Assembly: GCA_963767005.1 (NCBI GenBank)
Contig: CAVYCN010000007.1
Coordinates: 64,001-128,000, forward strand
From: an uncultured Actinomycetes bacterium
GTDB taxonomy: Bacteria; Actinomycetota; Thermoleophilia; UBA2241
Direction of reading: 5' to 3'
Length of the DNA stretch: 64,000 bases
The translations under genes were made by a program, and so were the position numbers. The notes under the pieces were generated by a model. The model made no database searches, was not told the origin of the DNA, and saw only the letters and a list, made by a program, of their open reading frames with translations. This document shows, piece by piece, positions 42,725-53,343 of the stretch; the first letter of the stretch is position 1; each line of letters begins with the position of its first letter.

Positions 42725-43387
42725 GAGCGCCTTCACTACCTCGGCGACGAACCCGTCCTCGGGCAGGGCGCCCACGAAGCTGTGCTCCCCGTCGATCACG
42801 ACCTTGGGCACGGCCAGCACCTCGTGACGCGCCGCCAGCTCGGGGAAGTCGCTCGCCACGATCACGTCCGCGGTCACCCGCGCGCTCACCATGGCCAGGT
42901 GATGGGCCGTCCGCGCCGCGGACGGACAGTGTGGTCAGGTCGGGGTGACGAAGACCCGCAGATGGACGTCGCGCGGCAGGGCCTCGAGCACGGCGTGCGT
43001 CTCGGGCGAGAGCTCGTCGCGCCCGGCGGCGACGTCGATGACGTCGCCGAGCAGGCTGGCGAACTCGTAGCCCGAGGGCAGCCCGAACAGGCGCACGGCG
43101 CCGCGCGCGCCGGGTCCGCGGACGACGACGGCCGGCACCATGTCGATGCCGTGCCGCTCGGCGAGCTCGCGCTCGGCGTCGACGTCGTGCACCTCGAGCG
43201 CCAGGTGATCGCTCGTCGCACAGAGCTCGCGCAGCAGCGCTTCAGTCTCGGAGCAGCTCGGGCAGGCCTCGCCGGCCGCGGCATCGGCGGACCGCCGCGT
43301 GAAGTGCACGAGCGTGACGTCGGCGGTGAGCTCGGTCGCGAGAATCTCGCGCAGTCGGGCGGTCTCGTCATCTGAAAGCAGCGCCAT
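42719..43387 (-). CDS. Protein disulfide oxidoreductase (two thioredoxin folds, AhpF-N/PDO-like); predicted selenoprotein with Sec at UGA 42937-42935
   Basis: First site CPSC, then G.PSGYEF, then VFVTPT-UGA-PHC. The frame continues 71 more codons (FPELAARHEVLAVPKVVID..FVGALPE) to TAG at 42721. Confidence 0.85.
42907..42925 (-). promoter_or_regulatory. Bacterial SECIS-like hairpin
   Basis: CCGUCCGC-GGC-GCGGACGG begins 9 nt after the in-frame UGA, with a G-led apical loop. Confidence 0.65.
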
Positions 43388-43441
43388 GGTCCCTCCCGCG
43401 CGTGGTCCGGCAGCCGCTGCCGGCCTCTCTTGCCGCAGAGC

Positions 43442-44815
<1,374 letters not shown>

Positions 44816-45174
44816 CGGGGGCGACTCCTCGAGGGTCGGGCACCGGCCGACGGCGGCCGGCGGAAGTATAGCAGAGGGGCTGTCGCCAGACTGGCAACGG
44901 TTTGTCGCCGCGCCCCCCTGTGGGCCTCGCCCAGCGTGCCGATACGAAAGGGGACCGATCAGCAAGCAACGAAAGGTCACCAGGCAACGACACCGGATCG
45001 GGCGCACTGCCCGGATATCGCTTCCCTCTCCCTGCCGGGCCGGTCTCCTTCGACTGTACCCACCAGCCCGCATCACGCGAAGGCCCCAAACCGGCCCGGC
45101 CCTATGAGATCCGTCCGGCCCGCCGGCGCCGCTCACAGAAGCGACGTCAGCGGGCCGGTCCATTGTCCGGCGAT

Positions 45175-45223
45175 CGACTTCGTCGTCGCCGCTCAGGCAG
45201 GCGTGACTTCGTCGCGCGCCTGG
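45175..45223 (+). repeat. Dispersed ~49-nt repeat, copy 4
   Basis: CGACTTCGTCGTCGCCGCTCAGGCAGGCGTGACTTCGTCGCGCGCCTGG. Confidence 0.88.
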
Positions 45224-45344
45224 TCGCCCGCTGATCGTCGACCCCGGTCCTCGGCCCCTCGAGCCGGCAACGGCTCAAGCCGACCTGCCCTTTGTGCCGA
45301 TGCATGTCGGCGGAAAGCAGCGACGTCCCGGGCTGGAGCGACTC

Positions 45345-47387
45345 GTGGCCAAAGCAAAGAAACGCCTCGTCGTGATCGACGACGACATCCAACTGCGCGA
45401 GGAGCTCGCCGAGTCCTTCGCCGACGCCTTCCAGGTCGACACCTACGAGGGCGGCGCGGCCGCCCTGCGGGCCCTGCGCGAGGCGCCCCCCGACGCCCTG
45501 CTGCTCGACATCGAGCTCGCGGCCATCAAGGGCTTCGACGTCCTGCGCCTCATGACCTCGACCCCCGAACTGCGCTCGGCGCCGGTCGTCGTGCTGTCGG
45601 CGGTGACCGACTTCGAGACCTTCGAGCAGGCCCACCGGCTCGGCATCGCCGACTACGTCACCAAGCCCTTCCGCGTCGAGGACCTGCGCGACAAGATCGA
45701 GCGCGCCATCGACCGGCGCCACAGGCGCAGCGCCGGGCGCCTCAAGCTCGGCGCGCTGCTGGTCGAGAGCGGCATCGTCACCCAGGGCCAGATCGACGAA
45801 GCCCTCGAGCGCCAGCAGCAGGGCGGCGGGCGCCTCGGCGAGGTGCTCGTCGCCTCGGGCCTGGTGTCCGAGGACGACCTCATCCAGGCCCTCGCCGGCC
45901 AGATGCACTTAGACGTCGTCGACCTGCGTGCCGTCGTCCCCAATCCGGCCGCCGTCGGCCTGCTGCCGCGCGACTTCATCGTGCGCCACCGGCTCATGCC
46001 GCTGCGCCTCGACCAGGCGGGCAGCCTCGTGATCGCCATGACCAACCCGCTCGACGTGGTCGTGATCGACGAGGTCCGGCTGCGCACCAAGCGCCGCGTC
46101 GTGCCGGTCATCTGCGGTGAGAGCGCCTTCGACGAGGCCCTCTCGATCTTCACGAACAAGCGCGGCAAGCTCAAGGAGCTCGACGGCGCCGAGCCCGAGT
46201 CGCGCCCCGACCTGCCCGGCGCCCAGGACGCCTCGATCATCGAGATCGTCGACGCGGTGCTGACCGACGCGATCGGCATGAAGGCCTCCGACATCCACGT
46301 CGAGCCGCGCGAGGACGTGCTGCAGATCCGCTGCCGGGTCGACGGCGTGCTGCACGACCTGCGCGAGTACTCGGTCGAGCTGCAGGCCGGCGTCATCAGC
46401 CGCCTCAAGATCATGGCCAACATGGACATCGCCGAGCGCCGCCTGCCCCAGGACGGACGCACCAGCTTCGAGACCGGCGACGGCGACCTCGTCGACATGC
46501 GTCTCGCGTCGATCCCCAGCCTGTACGGCGAGAGCATCACGATCCGCATCCTCGAGGTCTCACCGCTGCCCCCCACGCTGGTCTCGCTCGGCCTCGCCGG
46601 CTCGAGCCTGGAGCACTTCGAGGCGGCCATCAGGCGGCCCGACGGCGGCATCGTGATCTGCGGCCCGACCGGCAGCGGCAAGTCGACCACGCTCTACACC
46701 ACGCTCGAGCTCATCAAGTCGCCCGAGCGCAAGATCTACACGGTCGAGGACCCGATCGAGCGCAAGCTGCACGGCGTGGTGCAGACCGAGGTCAAGCCGA
46801 TCATCGGCCTCACGTTCGCCCAGGCGCTGCGCTCGCTGGTGCGCGCCGACCCCGACGTCATCATGGTCGGTGAGGTGCGCGACCTGGAGACCGCCAAGAT
46901 GGCGGCCGACGCGGCCATCACCGGCCACCTCGTGTTCACCACGCTGCACACCGGCGACGCCATCTCGTCGGTCAGCCGCCTGATCGAGATGGGCCTGCCG
47001 CCCTACCTGGTCGCGGCCGCCTACCGCTGCATCGTGTCGCAGCGCCTCGTCCGCCGCCTCTGCCGCCACTGCCGGCGGCCCGAGGTCATGACCGCCGAAC
47101 GCTGGACCGAGCTCGGCCTGGGCGCCCCGCCGGCACGGCGGATCGACCTGTACGCGCCGGTGGGCTGCCCCAAATGCTTCGGTACAGGCTACTTCGGGCG
47201 ACTCGGCCTGTATGAGGTGCTCACGATCGACGACGACCTGCGCGAGATGATCGCGACCGCCGCGACCGTCGGCGAGATGCGCGCCGCGGCCCGCAAGCGC
47301 GGCGTCGAGAGCATCCACGACGACGGCGTGCGCAAGGTGCTCGACGGCTCTACGAGCTATCTCGAGCTCGTGCGCGTCACGGCGTAG
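45345..47387 (+). CDS. Receiver domain + MshEN + PilB/GspE secretion ATPase fusion
   Basis: REC (VIDDD, LLDIEL, YVTKPF); tandem (K/R)LG..LV..G motifs; ASDIHVEP, GPTGSGKST, DPDVIMVGEVRD and CRHC/CPKC. Confidence 0.9.
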   Translation: MAKAKKRLVVIDDDIQLREELAESFADAFQVDTYEGGAAALRALREAPPDALLLDIELAAIKGFDVLRLMTSTPELRSAPVVVLSAVTDFETFEQAHRLGIADYVTKPFRVEDLRDKIERAIDRRHRRSAGRLKLGALLVESGIVTQGQIDEALERQQQGGGRLGEVLVASGLVSEDDLIQALAGQMHLDVVDLRAVVPNPAAVGLLPRDFIVRHRLMPLRLDQAGSLVIAMTNPLDVVVIDEVRLRTKRRVVPVICGESAFDEALSIFTNKRGKLKELDGAEPESRPDLPGAQDASIIEIVDAVLTDAIGMKASDIHVEPREDVLQIRCRVDGVLHDLREYSVELQAGVISRLKIMANMDIAERRLPQDGRTSFETGDGDLVDMRLASIPSLYGESITIRILEVSPLPPTLVSLGLAGSSLEHFEAAIRRPDGGIVICGPTGSGKSTTLYTTLELIKSPERKIYTVEDPIERKLHGVVQTEVKPIIGLTFAQALRSLVRADPDVIMVGEVRDLETAKMAADAAITGHLVFTTLHTGDAISSVSRLIEMGLPPYLVAAAYRCIVSQRLVRRLCRHCRRPEVMTAERWTELGLGAPPARRIDLYAPVGCPKCFGTGYFGRLGLYEVLTIDDDLREMIATAATVGEMRAAARKRGVESIHDDGVRKVLDGSTSYLELVRVTA

Positions 47388-47447
47388 TTCTGCCGTCTCA
47401 ACTTCGACGCGTCACCGCCCGGCCGGCCCGCTCCGCGGCCGTGAGCG

Positions 47448-47870
47448 TCACGCCCCCTGGGCGCGGTCGCCGGCGAACATGAGCTGCCAGGACACCCCGA
47501 AGCGGTCCTGCACCCAGGCGTAGCGCGCCGCGAACGGGTAGGCATCGAGCGCCATCAGAACGCTCCCGCCCTGCGAGAGCGCTCCGTACAGCCGATCGAC
47601 CTCGGCCTCGTCCGGGCACGTCACGAAGAACGAGATGCGCGGATTGAAGTCGAAGGGCTGCTCCGTGTGGCTGTCCATGGCCAGGTACGGCTGTCCGGCG
47701 AGCCTGAAGCGCGCGTGCACCACCTGTCCTTCGGGCCCCGGGAACTGCGGTCCGTAGCGCTGTACGAAGTCGATGCCCGAGTCGTCGAACAGGCCGGCGT
47801 AGAAGGTCATGGCCTCCTCGGCCTGCCCCGCGAACATGAGCATCGTCGCGATCGTCTGCGCGTCGGCCAT
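47448..47870 (-). CDS. VOC/PhnB family protein
   Basis: LMFAGQAEEAMTFY..FNPRISFFV..WVQDRFGVSWQL. Confidence 0.9.
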   Translation of the reverse strand: MADAQTIATMLMFAGQAEEAMTFYAGLFDDSGIDFVQRYGPQFPGPEGQVVHARFRLAGQPYLAMDSHTEQPFDFNPRISFFVTCPDEAEVDRLYGALSQGGSVLMALDAYPFAARYAWVQDRFGVSWQLMFAGDRAQGA

Positions 47871-48016
47871 CGTGTCCTCCCTGTCGTCGTCGGGCTCAGG
47901 TTCCGCCGCGGGGCGCGCCTCGAAACCGCTTAGACAGCTGTTCTATCTCAACGGGGGGACGTGAACCCGATAGAAGCAGTGGAGACCAAATCGCGGGGAG
48001 AGGAAGCCTCCGGACG

Positions 48017-48053
48017 GCGGGGCCCCAGAACATCGGGGCCCCGCTTCCATTTT
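48017..48053 (+). terminator. Intrinsic terminator-like hairpin
   Basis: GCGGGGCCCC-agaacatc-GGGGCCCCGC followed by TTCCATTTT. Confidence 0.6.
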
Positions 48054-48073
48054 CGTTGCGCGTCTGGTGACGA

Positions 48074-48117
48074 CGATCGACTGCGTCGTCGCCGGCCAGG
48101 CCGGGGTGGCTGCCCTA
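48074..48117 (+). repeat. Dispersed repeat, degenerate copy 5, abutting the paaK stop
   Basis: CGATCGACTGCGTCGTCGCCGGCCAGGCCGGGGTGGCT aligns with copy 4 (CGATCGACTTCGTCGTCGCCGCTCAGGCAGGCGTGACT). Confidence 0.65.
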
Positions 48118-49416
48118 CTCGGCCGGGCGCAGGTCGATCACGCGCCGCGCCTTGCCCTCGGAGCGGGGCAGCGTGCCGGCCTCGACCAGCTTGACCTTGG
48201 GGCGCACGAGCAGCGCCGATCGCAGAGTCTCGGAGACGCGCCGCTCGAAGGCCACGAGATCGTCCATCCAGCCGTCGAAGATCCGCTCGTTGACCTCGAC
48301 CCGCACGGTGAAGGCGTCGAGCGCGCCCTTGCGCTCGAGCACGATCTCGTAGTGCGGCTCGAGCCCCTCGATGCCGAACAGGACGGCCTCGATCGTCGAC
48401 GGGAAGACGTTGACCCCACTGATGATGAACATGTCGTCGGTGCGGCCGATGACCTTGTGCATGCGGACCGTCGTGCGCCCGCAGGCGCAGGGCTCGCGCG
48501 TGATCCGCGACAGGTCACGGGTGCGGTAGCGCAGGACCGGCGAGCACTCCTTGGTGAGCGAGGTGAAGACGAGCTCGCCGACCTCGCCCTCGGGCACGGG
48601 TGCGCCGGTCGTCGGATCGAGCACCTCGACGAGAAAGTGGTCCTCGGCGACGTGCATGCCGTCCTTGTGCTCGCACTCGCCGGCGACGCCCGGGCCGATC
48701 ACCTCGGTCAGGCCGTAGTTGTCGGTCGCCGAGATGCCCCAGCGCTCCTCGACGCGAGCGCGCAGCGCGTCGCTGCAGGCCTCGGCGCCGAACAGGCCGA
48801 GGCGCAGCTTGAGGCTCTCGCGCACGCCGGCCTGCGCCGCGGCCTCGCCCAGGTGCAGCGCGTACGACGGTGTGCAGATCAGCACGGTGGTGCCGAAGTC
48901 TTCCATGAACTGGATCTGACGGGCCGTGTTGCCGGCCGAGTGCGGTACGACCAGGGCACCGATGCGCTGCAGGCCGTAGTGCAGGCCGAAGCCGCCGGTG
49001 AACATGCCGTAGCCGAAGGCCACCTGGGCGACGTCGCCCGGCACGACGCCGGCGGCCGACGCGAGGCGGGCGACCAGGCCGGCCCAGGTGTCAAGATCGG
49101 ACCGCGTGTAGCCGCCGACGACCGGCGTGCCGGTCGTGCCCGACGAGGAGTGCACCTCGACGACCTCGGCGAGCGGCACGGCGAAGAGGCCATAGGGGTA
49201 GGCGGTGCGAAAGTCGTCCTTGGTCGTGAACGGCAGCCGGGCGACGTCGGCGAGCGTGGTGATGTCGCCGGGGCGCACGCCGGCGGCGTCAAGCCGCTCA
49301 CGGTACAGGGGCACATTGTCGTAGCAGGATGCCACCGTGCGCCGCAGGCGCTCGAGCTGCAGCGCTTCGAGCGCGGCGCGTTCCATGGTCTCGTGACGTT
49401 CGTCCCAGATGGGCAC
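48115..49416 (-). CDS. paaK: Phenylacetate-CoA ligase family protein
   Basis: LPFTTKDD, HSSSGTTG, YGMFTGGFG, YGLTEV.GPG, RYRTRD and GRTDDM. Confidence 0.9.
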   Translation of the reverse strand: MPIWDERHETMERAALEALQLERLRRTVASCYDNVPLYRERLDAAGVRPGDITTLADVARLPFTTKDDFRTAYPYGLFAVPLAEVVEVHSSSGTTGTPVVGGYTRSDLDTWAGLVARLASAAGVVPGDVAQVAFGYGMFTGGFGLHYGLQRIGALVVPHSAGNTARQIQFMEDFGTTVLICTPSYALHLGEAAAQAGVRESLKLRLGLFGAEACSDALRARVEERWGISATDNYGLTEVIGPGVAGECEHKDGMHVAEDHFLVEVLDPTTGAPVPEGEVGELVFTSLTKECSPVLRYRTRDLSRITREPCACGRTTVRMHKVIGRTDDMFIISGVNVFPSTIEAVLFGIEGLEPHYEIVLERKGALDAFTVRVEVNERIFDGWMDDLVAFERRVSETLRSALLVRPKVKLVEAGTLPRSEGKARRVIDLRPAE

Positions 49417-49543
49417 GGGTCGCTCCTCGCGAAAGACCGGACGGCGGCCCGCGGGCCGCACGGACCGAGCGCAAGTGTATCGGGCCGCCGGGCGCCACGC
49501 GACCCCCTGACGTGCCTGCCCATACGAGACGATCTCGACCGGG

Positions 49544-49565
49544 TATGATACCCTTCGGGGTATAT
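49544..49565 (+). promoter_or_regulatory. CsoR-type operator overlapping the copA -10
   Basis: TATGAT followed by ATACCCTTCGGGGTAT, the TACC-N-GGGGTA pseudo-palindrome of CsoR sites. Confidence 0.75.
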
Positions 49566-49617
49566 GTTCACCGCTTCCGGCAGGCCCGAGAGCGACGGCG
49601 CGAAGCAGGGCGGCATC

Positions 49618-52149
49618 GTGGCTGAGGAACAGACGATCGACCAGGCCGGCACGGGTCCGGCCGCGGCCGACGCCGCGGGGACCGGCCGGGCGACGGTCGA
49701 GATCCCGATCAGCGGCATGACCTGCGCGAGCTGCGTAGCCCGCAACGAGCGCGCGCTCAAGCGCGCGGCCGGCGTCAGCACGGCCAGCGTCAACTTCGCC
49801 ACCGAGAAGGCGACCGTCACCTACGACCCGGCGCAGACCGACGTCACACGTCTCGCCGAGACCATCCGCCGGAGCGGCTACGACGTGCCAGTCGCACGCG
49901 AGACGCTCGCCATCGAGGGCATGACCTGCGCGAGCTGCGTAGCCCGCAACGAGAAGGCCTTGCGGCGCGTGCCGGGCGTCTTGCGCGCCCAGGTCAATCT
50001 GGCCACCGGAAAGGCCACGGTCGAGCACCTGCCCGGCACCGCCGCCCGCGACGACCTGGTGGCGGCGGTGCGGCGGGCCGGCTACGAAGTCGCCGCCCCG
50101 GCCCGCCGCACGACGGGCGCCGGCGCCACGACCGGGATCGCCGACGAGGCCGACGCCGAGCTGCTCGCGCGCCGCGCCGGCGAGCGCCGCCTGCTGCGCA
50201 AGGTCGTGGTCGGCGCTGCGCTGTCGGCCCTCGTCTTTCTGGGCAGCATGGGCTTCTCGTTCGTGCCGTCGTTCCTGACGAACGGCTGGGTGCTGTGGGC
50301 CCTCGCCACGCCGGTGCAGTTCTGGGTCGGCCGCCAGTTCTATCGCGCCGCGCTGGCCGCGGCGCGCCACGGCGGCACCACGATGGACACCCTCGTAGCC
50401 CTGGGCTCGTCGGCCGCGTACCTCTACAGCGCCGCCGGCGTGCTGTTCCCCGGGTTCTTCGACCATCACGGCCTGGGCGCGCCCATGTACTTCGACTCGG
50501 CGGCGCTCATCGTCACCCTCATCCTGCTGGGCCGCCTGTTCGAGGCGCGCGCCCGCGGCCGCACCGGCGACGCCATCCGCACGCTGATCGGCCTGCAGCC
50601 GCGCACCGCGCGCGTGCTGCGCGACGGCGCCGAGGTCGACGTGCCGCTCGCCGAGGTCGCCCACGACGACCTCGTGCGCGTGCGTCCCGGCGAGAAGGTG
50701 CCGGTCGACGGCATCGTGGTCGACGGCGCCTCGGCGGTCGACGAGGCGATGCTCACCGGCGAGGCCCTGCCGGTGGCCAAGTCGCCCGGCGACGAGGTGA
50801 TCGGCTCGACCCTGAACACGACGGGTACGTTCACGCTGCGCGCGACGCGCGTGGGCGCCGAGACCGCCCTGGCGCAGATCGTGCGCCTGGTCGAGCAGGC
50901 TCAGGGCGCCCGTCCGCCGATCGCCCGCCTGGCCGACCTCATCGCGAGCTGGTTCGTGCCGGCCGTCATGGCGGTGGCCGGCGCGACCTTCCTCGTCTGG
51001 CTGCTCGTCGGCCCGCAGCCGGCGCTCAACTACGCCCTTGTGAATGCGATCGCGGTGCTCGTCATCGCCTGCCCCTGCGCCCTCGGCCTGGCGACGCCGA
51101 CGGCCGTCATGGTGGGCACCGGCAAGGGCGCCCAGAACGGCGTGCTCATCCGCGACGGCGCCTCGCTCGAGACGGCGCACACGCTGCAGATCGTCGTCCT
51201 CGACAAGACCGGCACGATCACCGAGGGCCGACCCGCCGTGACCGATGTCGTCGTGGCGCCGGGCGGCGCGGTCGACACGAGCGACGAGCTCCTGCGCCTG
51301 GTCGCGGCGGCCGAGCGCGGCTCCGAGCACCCGCTCGCCGCCGCGGTGCTGCGAGCCGCCGGCGAGCGCGGCCTGCAGCTCCCCGACGCCGCCGAGTTCG
51401 AGGCGAGCGCCGGGCACGGCGTGCGCGCCGTCGTCGAGGGCCGCGAGGTGCTCGCCGGCAACGAGCGCTACTTCGCGCAGGCCGGCGTCGCCGTGGGCGA
51501 CCACGCGGCGGCCGACCTGGCGGCCGCCGGCAAGACCACGATCCGCGTCGCGCTCGACCGGCAGCCGGCCGGCCTGCTCGGCATCGCCGATCCCGTCAAA
51601 CCGGGCGCGCGCGACGCCGTGCGCCGCCTGCGCGAGCTCGGCCTCCGTGTCGTGATGCTCACCGGCGACCGGCGCGAGACGGCCACGGCGATCGCCGCCG
51701 AGGTCGGTATCGACGAAGTCGCGGCCGAGGTGCTGCCCGACGGCAAGGCGGCCGAGATCGCCCGGCTGCAGGCCGGTGGCACGCGCGTGGCCATGGTCGG
51801 CGACGGCGTGAACGACGCGCCGGCGCTCGCCCAGGCCGACGTCGGCGTCGCGATCGGCACCGGCGCCGACGTGGCGATCGAGGCGAGCGACATCACCCTG
51901 GTGTCCGGCGACCTGCACGCCGTGGTCACCGCGATCCTGCTGTCGCGCGCCACGATGCGCACCATCAGGCAGAACCTGTTCTGGGCGTTCGGCTACAACG
52001 TCGCCCTGATCCCGCTCGCGGCCGGTGTGCTCTACCCGCCGTTCGGCGTGCTCCTCAACCCGATCTTCGCCGCCGCGGCGATGGGCCTGTCGAGCGTGAC
52101 GGTCGTGAGCAACAGCCTGCGCCTGCGGCGCTTCCGCGCGACCGCCTAG
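49618..52149 (+). CDS. copA: Cu(I)-translocating P1B-type ATPase
   Basis: Two GMTCASC HMA domains, TGE, CPC, DKTGT, SEHP, GDGVND, YN and MGLSS. Alternative start at 49564. Confidence 0.95.
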   Translation: MAEEQTIDQAGTGPAAADAAGTGRATVEIPISGMTCASCVARNERALKRAAGVSTASVNFATEKATVTYDPAQTDVTRLAETIRRSGYDVPVARETLAIEGMTCASCVARNEKALRRVPGVLRAQVNLATGKATVEHLPGTAARDDLVAAVRRAGYEVAAPARRTTGAGATTGIADEADAELLARRAGERRLLRKVVVGAALSALVFLGSMGFSFVPSFLTNGWVLWALATPVQFWVGRQFYRAALAAARHGGTTMDTLVALGSSAAYLYSAAGVLFPGFFDHHGLGAPMYFDSAALIVTLILLGRLFEARARGRTGDAIRTLIGLQPRTARVLRDGAEVDVPLAEVAHDDLVRVRPGEKVPVDGIVVDGASAVDEAMLTGEALPVAKSPGDEVIGSTLNTTGTFTLRATRVGAETALAQIVRLVEQAQGARPPIARLADLIASWFVPAVMAVAGATFLVWLLVGPQPALNYALVNAIAVLVIACPCALGLATPTAVMVGTGKGAQNGVLIRDGASLETAHTLQIVVLDKTGTITEGRPAVTDVVVAPGGAVDTSDELLRLVAAAERGSEHPLAAAVLRAAGERGLQLPDAAEFEASAGHGVRAVVEGREVLAGNERYFAQAGVAVGDHAAADLAAAGKTTIRVALDRQPAGLLGIADPVKPGARDAVRRLRELGLRVVMLTGDRRETATAIAAEVGIDEVAAEVLPDGKAAEIARLQAGGTRVAMVGDGVNDAPALAQADVGVAIGTGADVAIEASDITLVSGDLHAVVTAILLSRATMRTIRQNLFWAFGYNVALIPLAAGVLYPPFGVLLNPIFAAAAMGLSSVTVVSNSLRLRRFRATA

Positions 52150-52253
52150 GCTAGACGCGTCGCGCGCCCGTCGCGCCGCACGCCGCGATCGCCGACCTCA
52201 AGCAAGGCTACGACCCCGGCCTCGAGCGCTCTCCCGCGCGCCTCAGACGAGAA

Positions 52254-52279
52254 GGGGGCCGTCCTCGCGGACGGCCCCC
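52254..52279. terminator. GC hairpin between copA and the small ORF
   Basis: GGGGGCCGTCC-tcgc-GGACGGCCCCC. Confidence 0.6.
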
Positions 52280-52324
52280 TGGGCACCAATCATAGGCGGG
52301 GCGCGAACCCCGCGGTGACGTCTG

Positions 52325-52402
52325 TCAGCGGGCACCCCGCTCGCGACGGCGCTCGTCGCGGCGACTGCGCGACACGTAGTTCATGGCCAGCAGACTGCGC
52401 AT
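52325..52402 (-). CDS. Putative 25-aa Arg-rich small protein
   Basis: MRSLLAMNYVSRSRRDERRRERGAR; GGAGG 7 nt upstream, GTTT-N16-CGGTAT promoter (52471-52446) and a hairpin downstream. Confidence 0.45.
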   Translation of the reverse strand: MRSLLAMNYVSRSRRDERRRERGAR

Positions 52403-52542
52403 TGCCGACCCTCCGTTTCTGTTGCGGACTCGTTCTATCCTGTACATACCGCCCCCTCGGCGCGGCGAAACGCCGGCCGCGAGCGCCGATGTCGCGGTGG
52501 TACACTGCCCGGGTCGACGCCACGCGACGAGGGAGACGCACC

Positions 52543-53247
52543 ATGGCGACCGCCGAGCGGAGCCGCAACCACATGCTGGTCGACGCCGTGCTGCGCACCG
52601 CCGGCATCGACCTCTGGGGAGCCGCCGCCAACGATCCGGTCATGCCCGCCTCCCCCGCGCTGCCCACGGCGATCGCGCTTGCCGTGCGCATCGACCCCCA
52701 CGCCCTGGCGCGCCTGCAGCAGGGCGAGCCGGTCAACTACCGTGCCGAATACCGCCGCCTGAACGGCCTGCTCGACGCCGCCGGCGAGGCGCTCGTGGCC
52801 GCGCTGCGCCGTCACGGCGCCGAGACGCAGCGCAAGGACGCGACGATCTACGCCGAGCGGCCCGAGACGGGCGACTGGATGGCCGCCGGCGTCTTCGCGC
52901 ACAAGACGGCGGCCACCAGAGCCGGCCTGGGCTGGATCGGCAAGACGGCGCTCTTCGTGTCGCCCGAGACCGGCCCCAAGGTGCGCCTTGCCACCGTGTT
53001 CACCGACCTGCCGCTCGACGCGGACGCGCCGGCCACCGAAGGCCGCTGCGGGAGCTGCCGGGCCTGCCTCGACGCCTGCCCGGCGGCCGCCGGACGCGAC
53101 GTGACCTGGCACGCGGGCATGAGCCGCGACGAGCTGTTCGACGCCGCCGCCTGCGACCGCTACATGGAGAGCCTGGGCTCCTCGGAGCACCGCGTCTGCG
53201 GCCTCTGCGTGGCGGCCTGCCCGTTCGGCCGCACGCCGGCTTCGTAG
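52543..53247 (+). CDS. QueG-like (epoxyqueuosine reductase family) 4Fe-4S protein
   Basis: HKTAATRAGLGWIGK..SPETGPKVRLATVFTD, CGSCRACLDACP and CGLCVAACPFG. Confidence 0.8.
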   Translation: MATAERSRNHMLVDAVLRTAGIDLWGAAANDPVMPASPALPTAIALAVRIDPHALARLQQGEPVNYRAEYRRLNGLLDAAGEALVAALRRHGAETQRKDATIYAERPETGDWMAAGVFAHKTAATRAGLGWIGKTALFVSPETGPKVRLATVFTDLPLDADAPATEGRCGSCRACLDACPAAAGRDVTWHAGMSRDELFDAAACDRYMESLGSSEHRVCGLCVAACPFGRTPAS

Positions 53248-53263
53248 GAGACCGTCCGCACGA

Positions 53264-53302
53264 AGACGGGGGCGGGCGCCCTGCGGGCGCCCGCCCCCGT
53301 CT
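53264..53302. terminator. Perfect 18-bp hairpin between convergent genes
   Basis: AGACGGGGGCGGGCGCCC-tgc-GGGCGCCCGCCCCCGTCT. Confidence 0.65.
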
Positions 53303-53343
53303 CGTGTTCGCTCACGACCGCCGCGCCGGCGGCCGCGCCGATG

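Noticed and set aside
48115-51918. 1267-aa ORF
   Set aside because: It is the antisense shadow of copA running in frame into paaK; only 48115-49416 is a real gene.
52543-53247. Reductive dehalogenase
   Set aside because: Too short, with no Tat signal and no rdhB anchor gene; the generic QueG-like family fits better.
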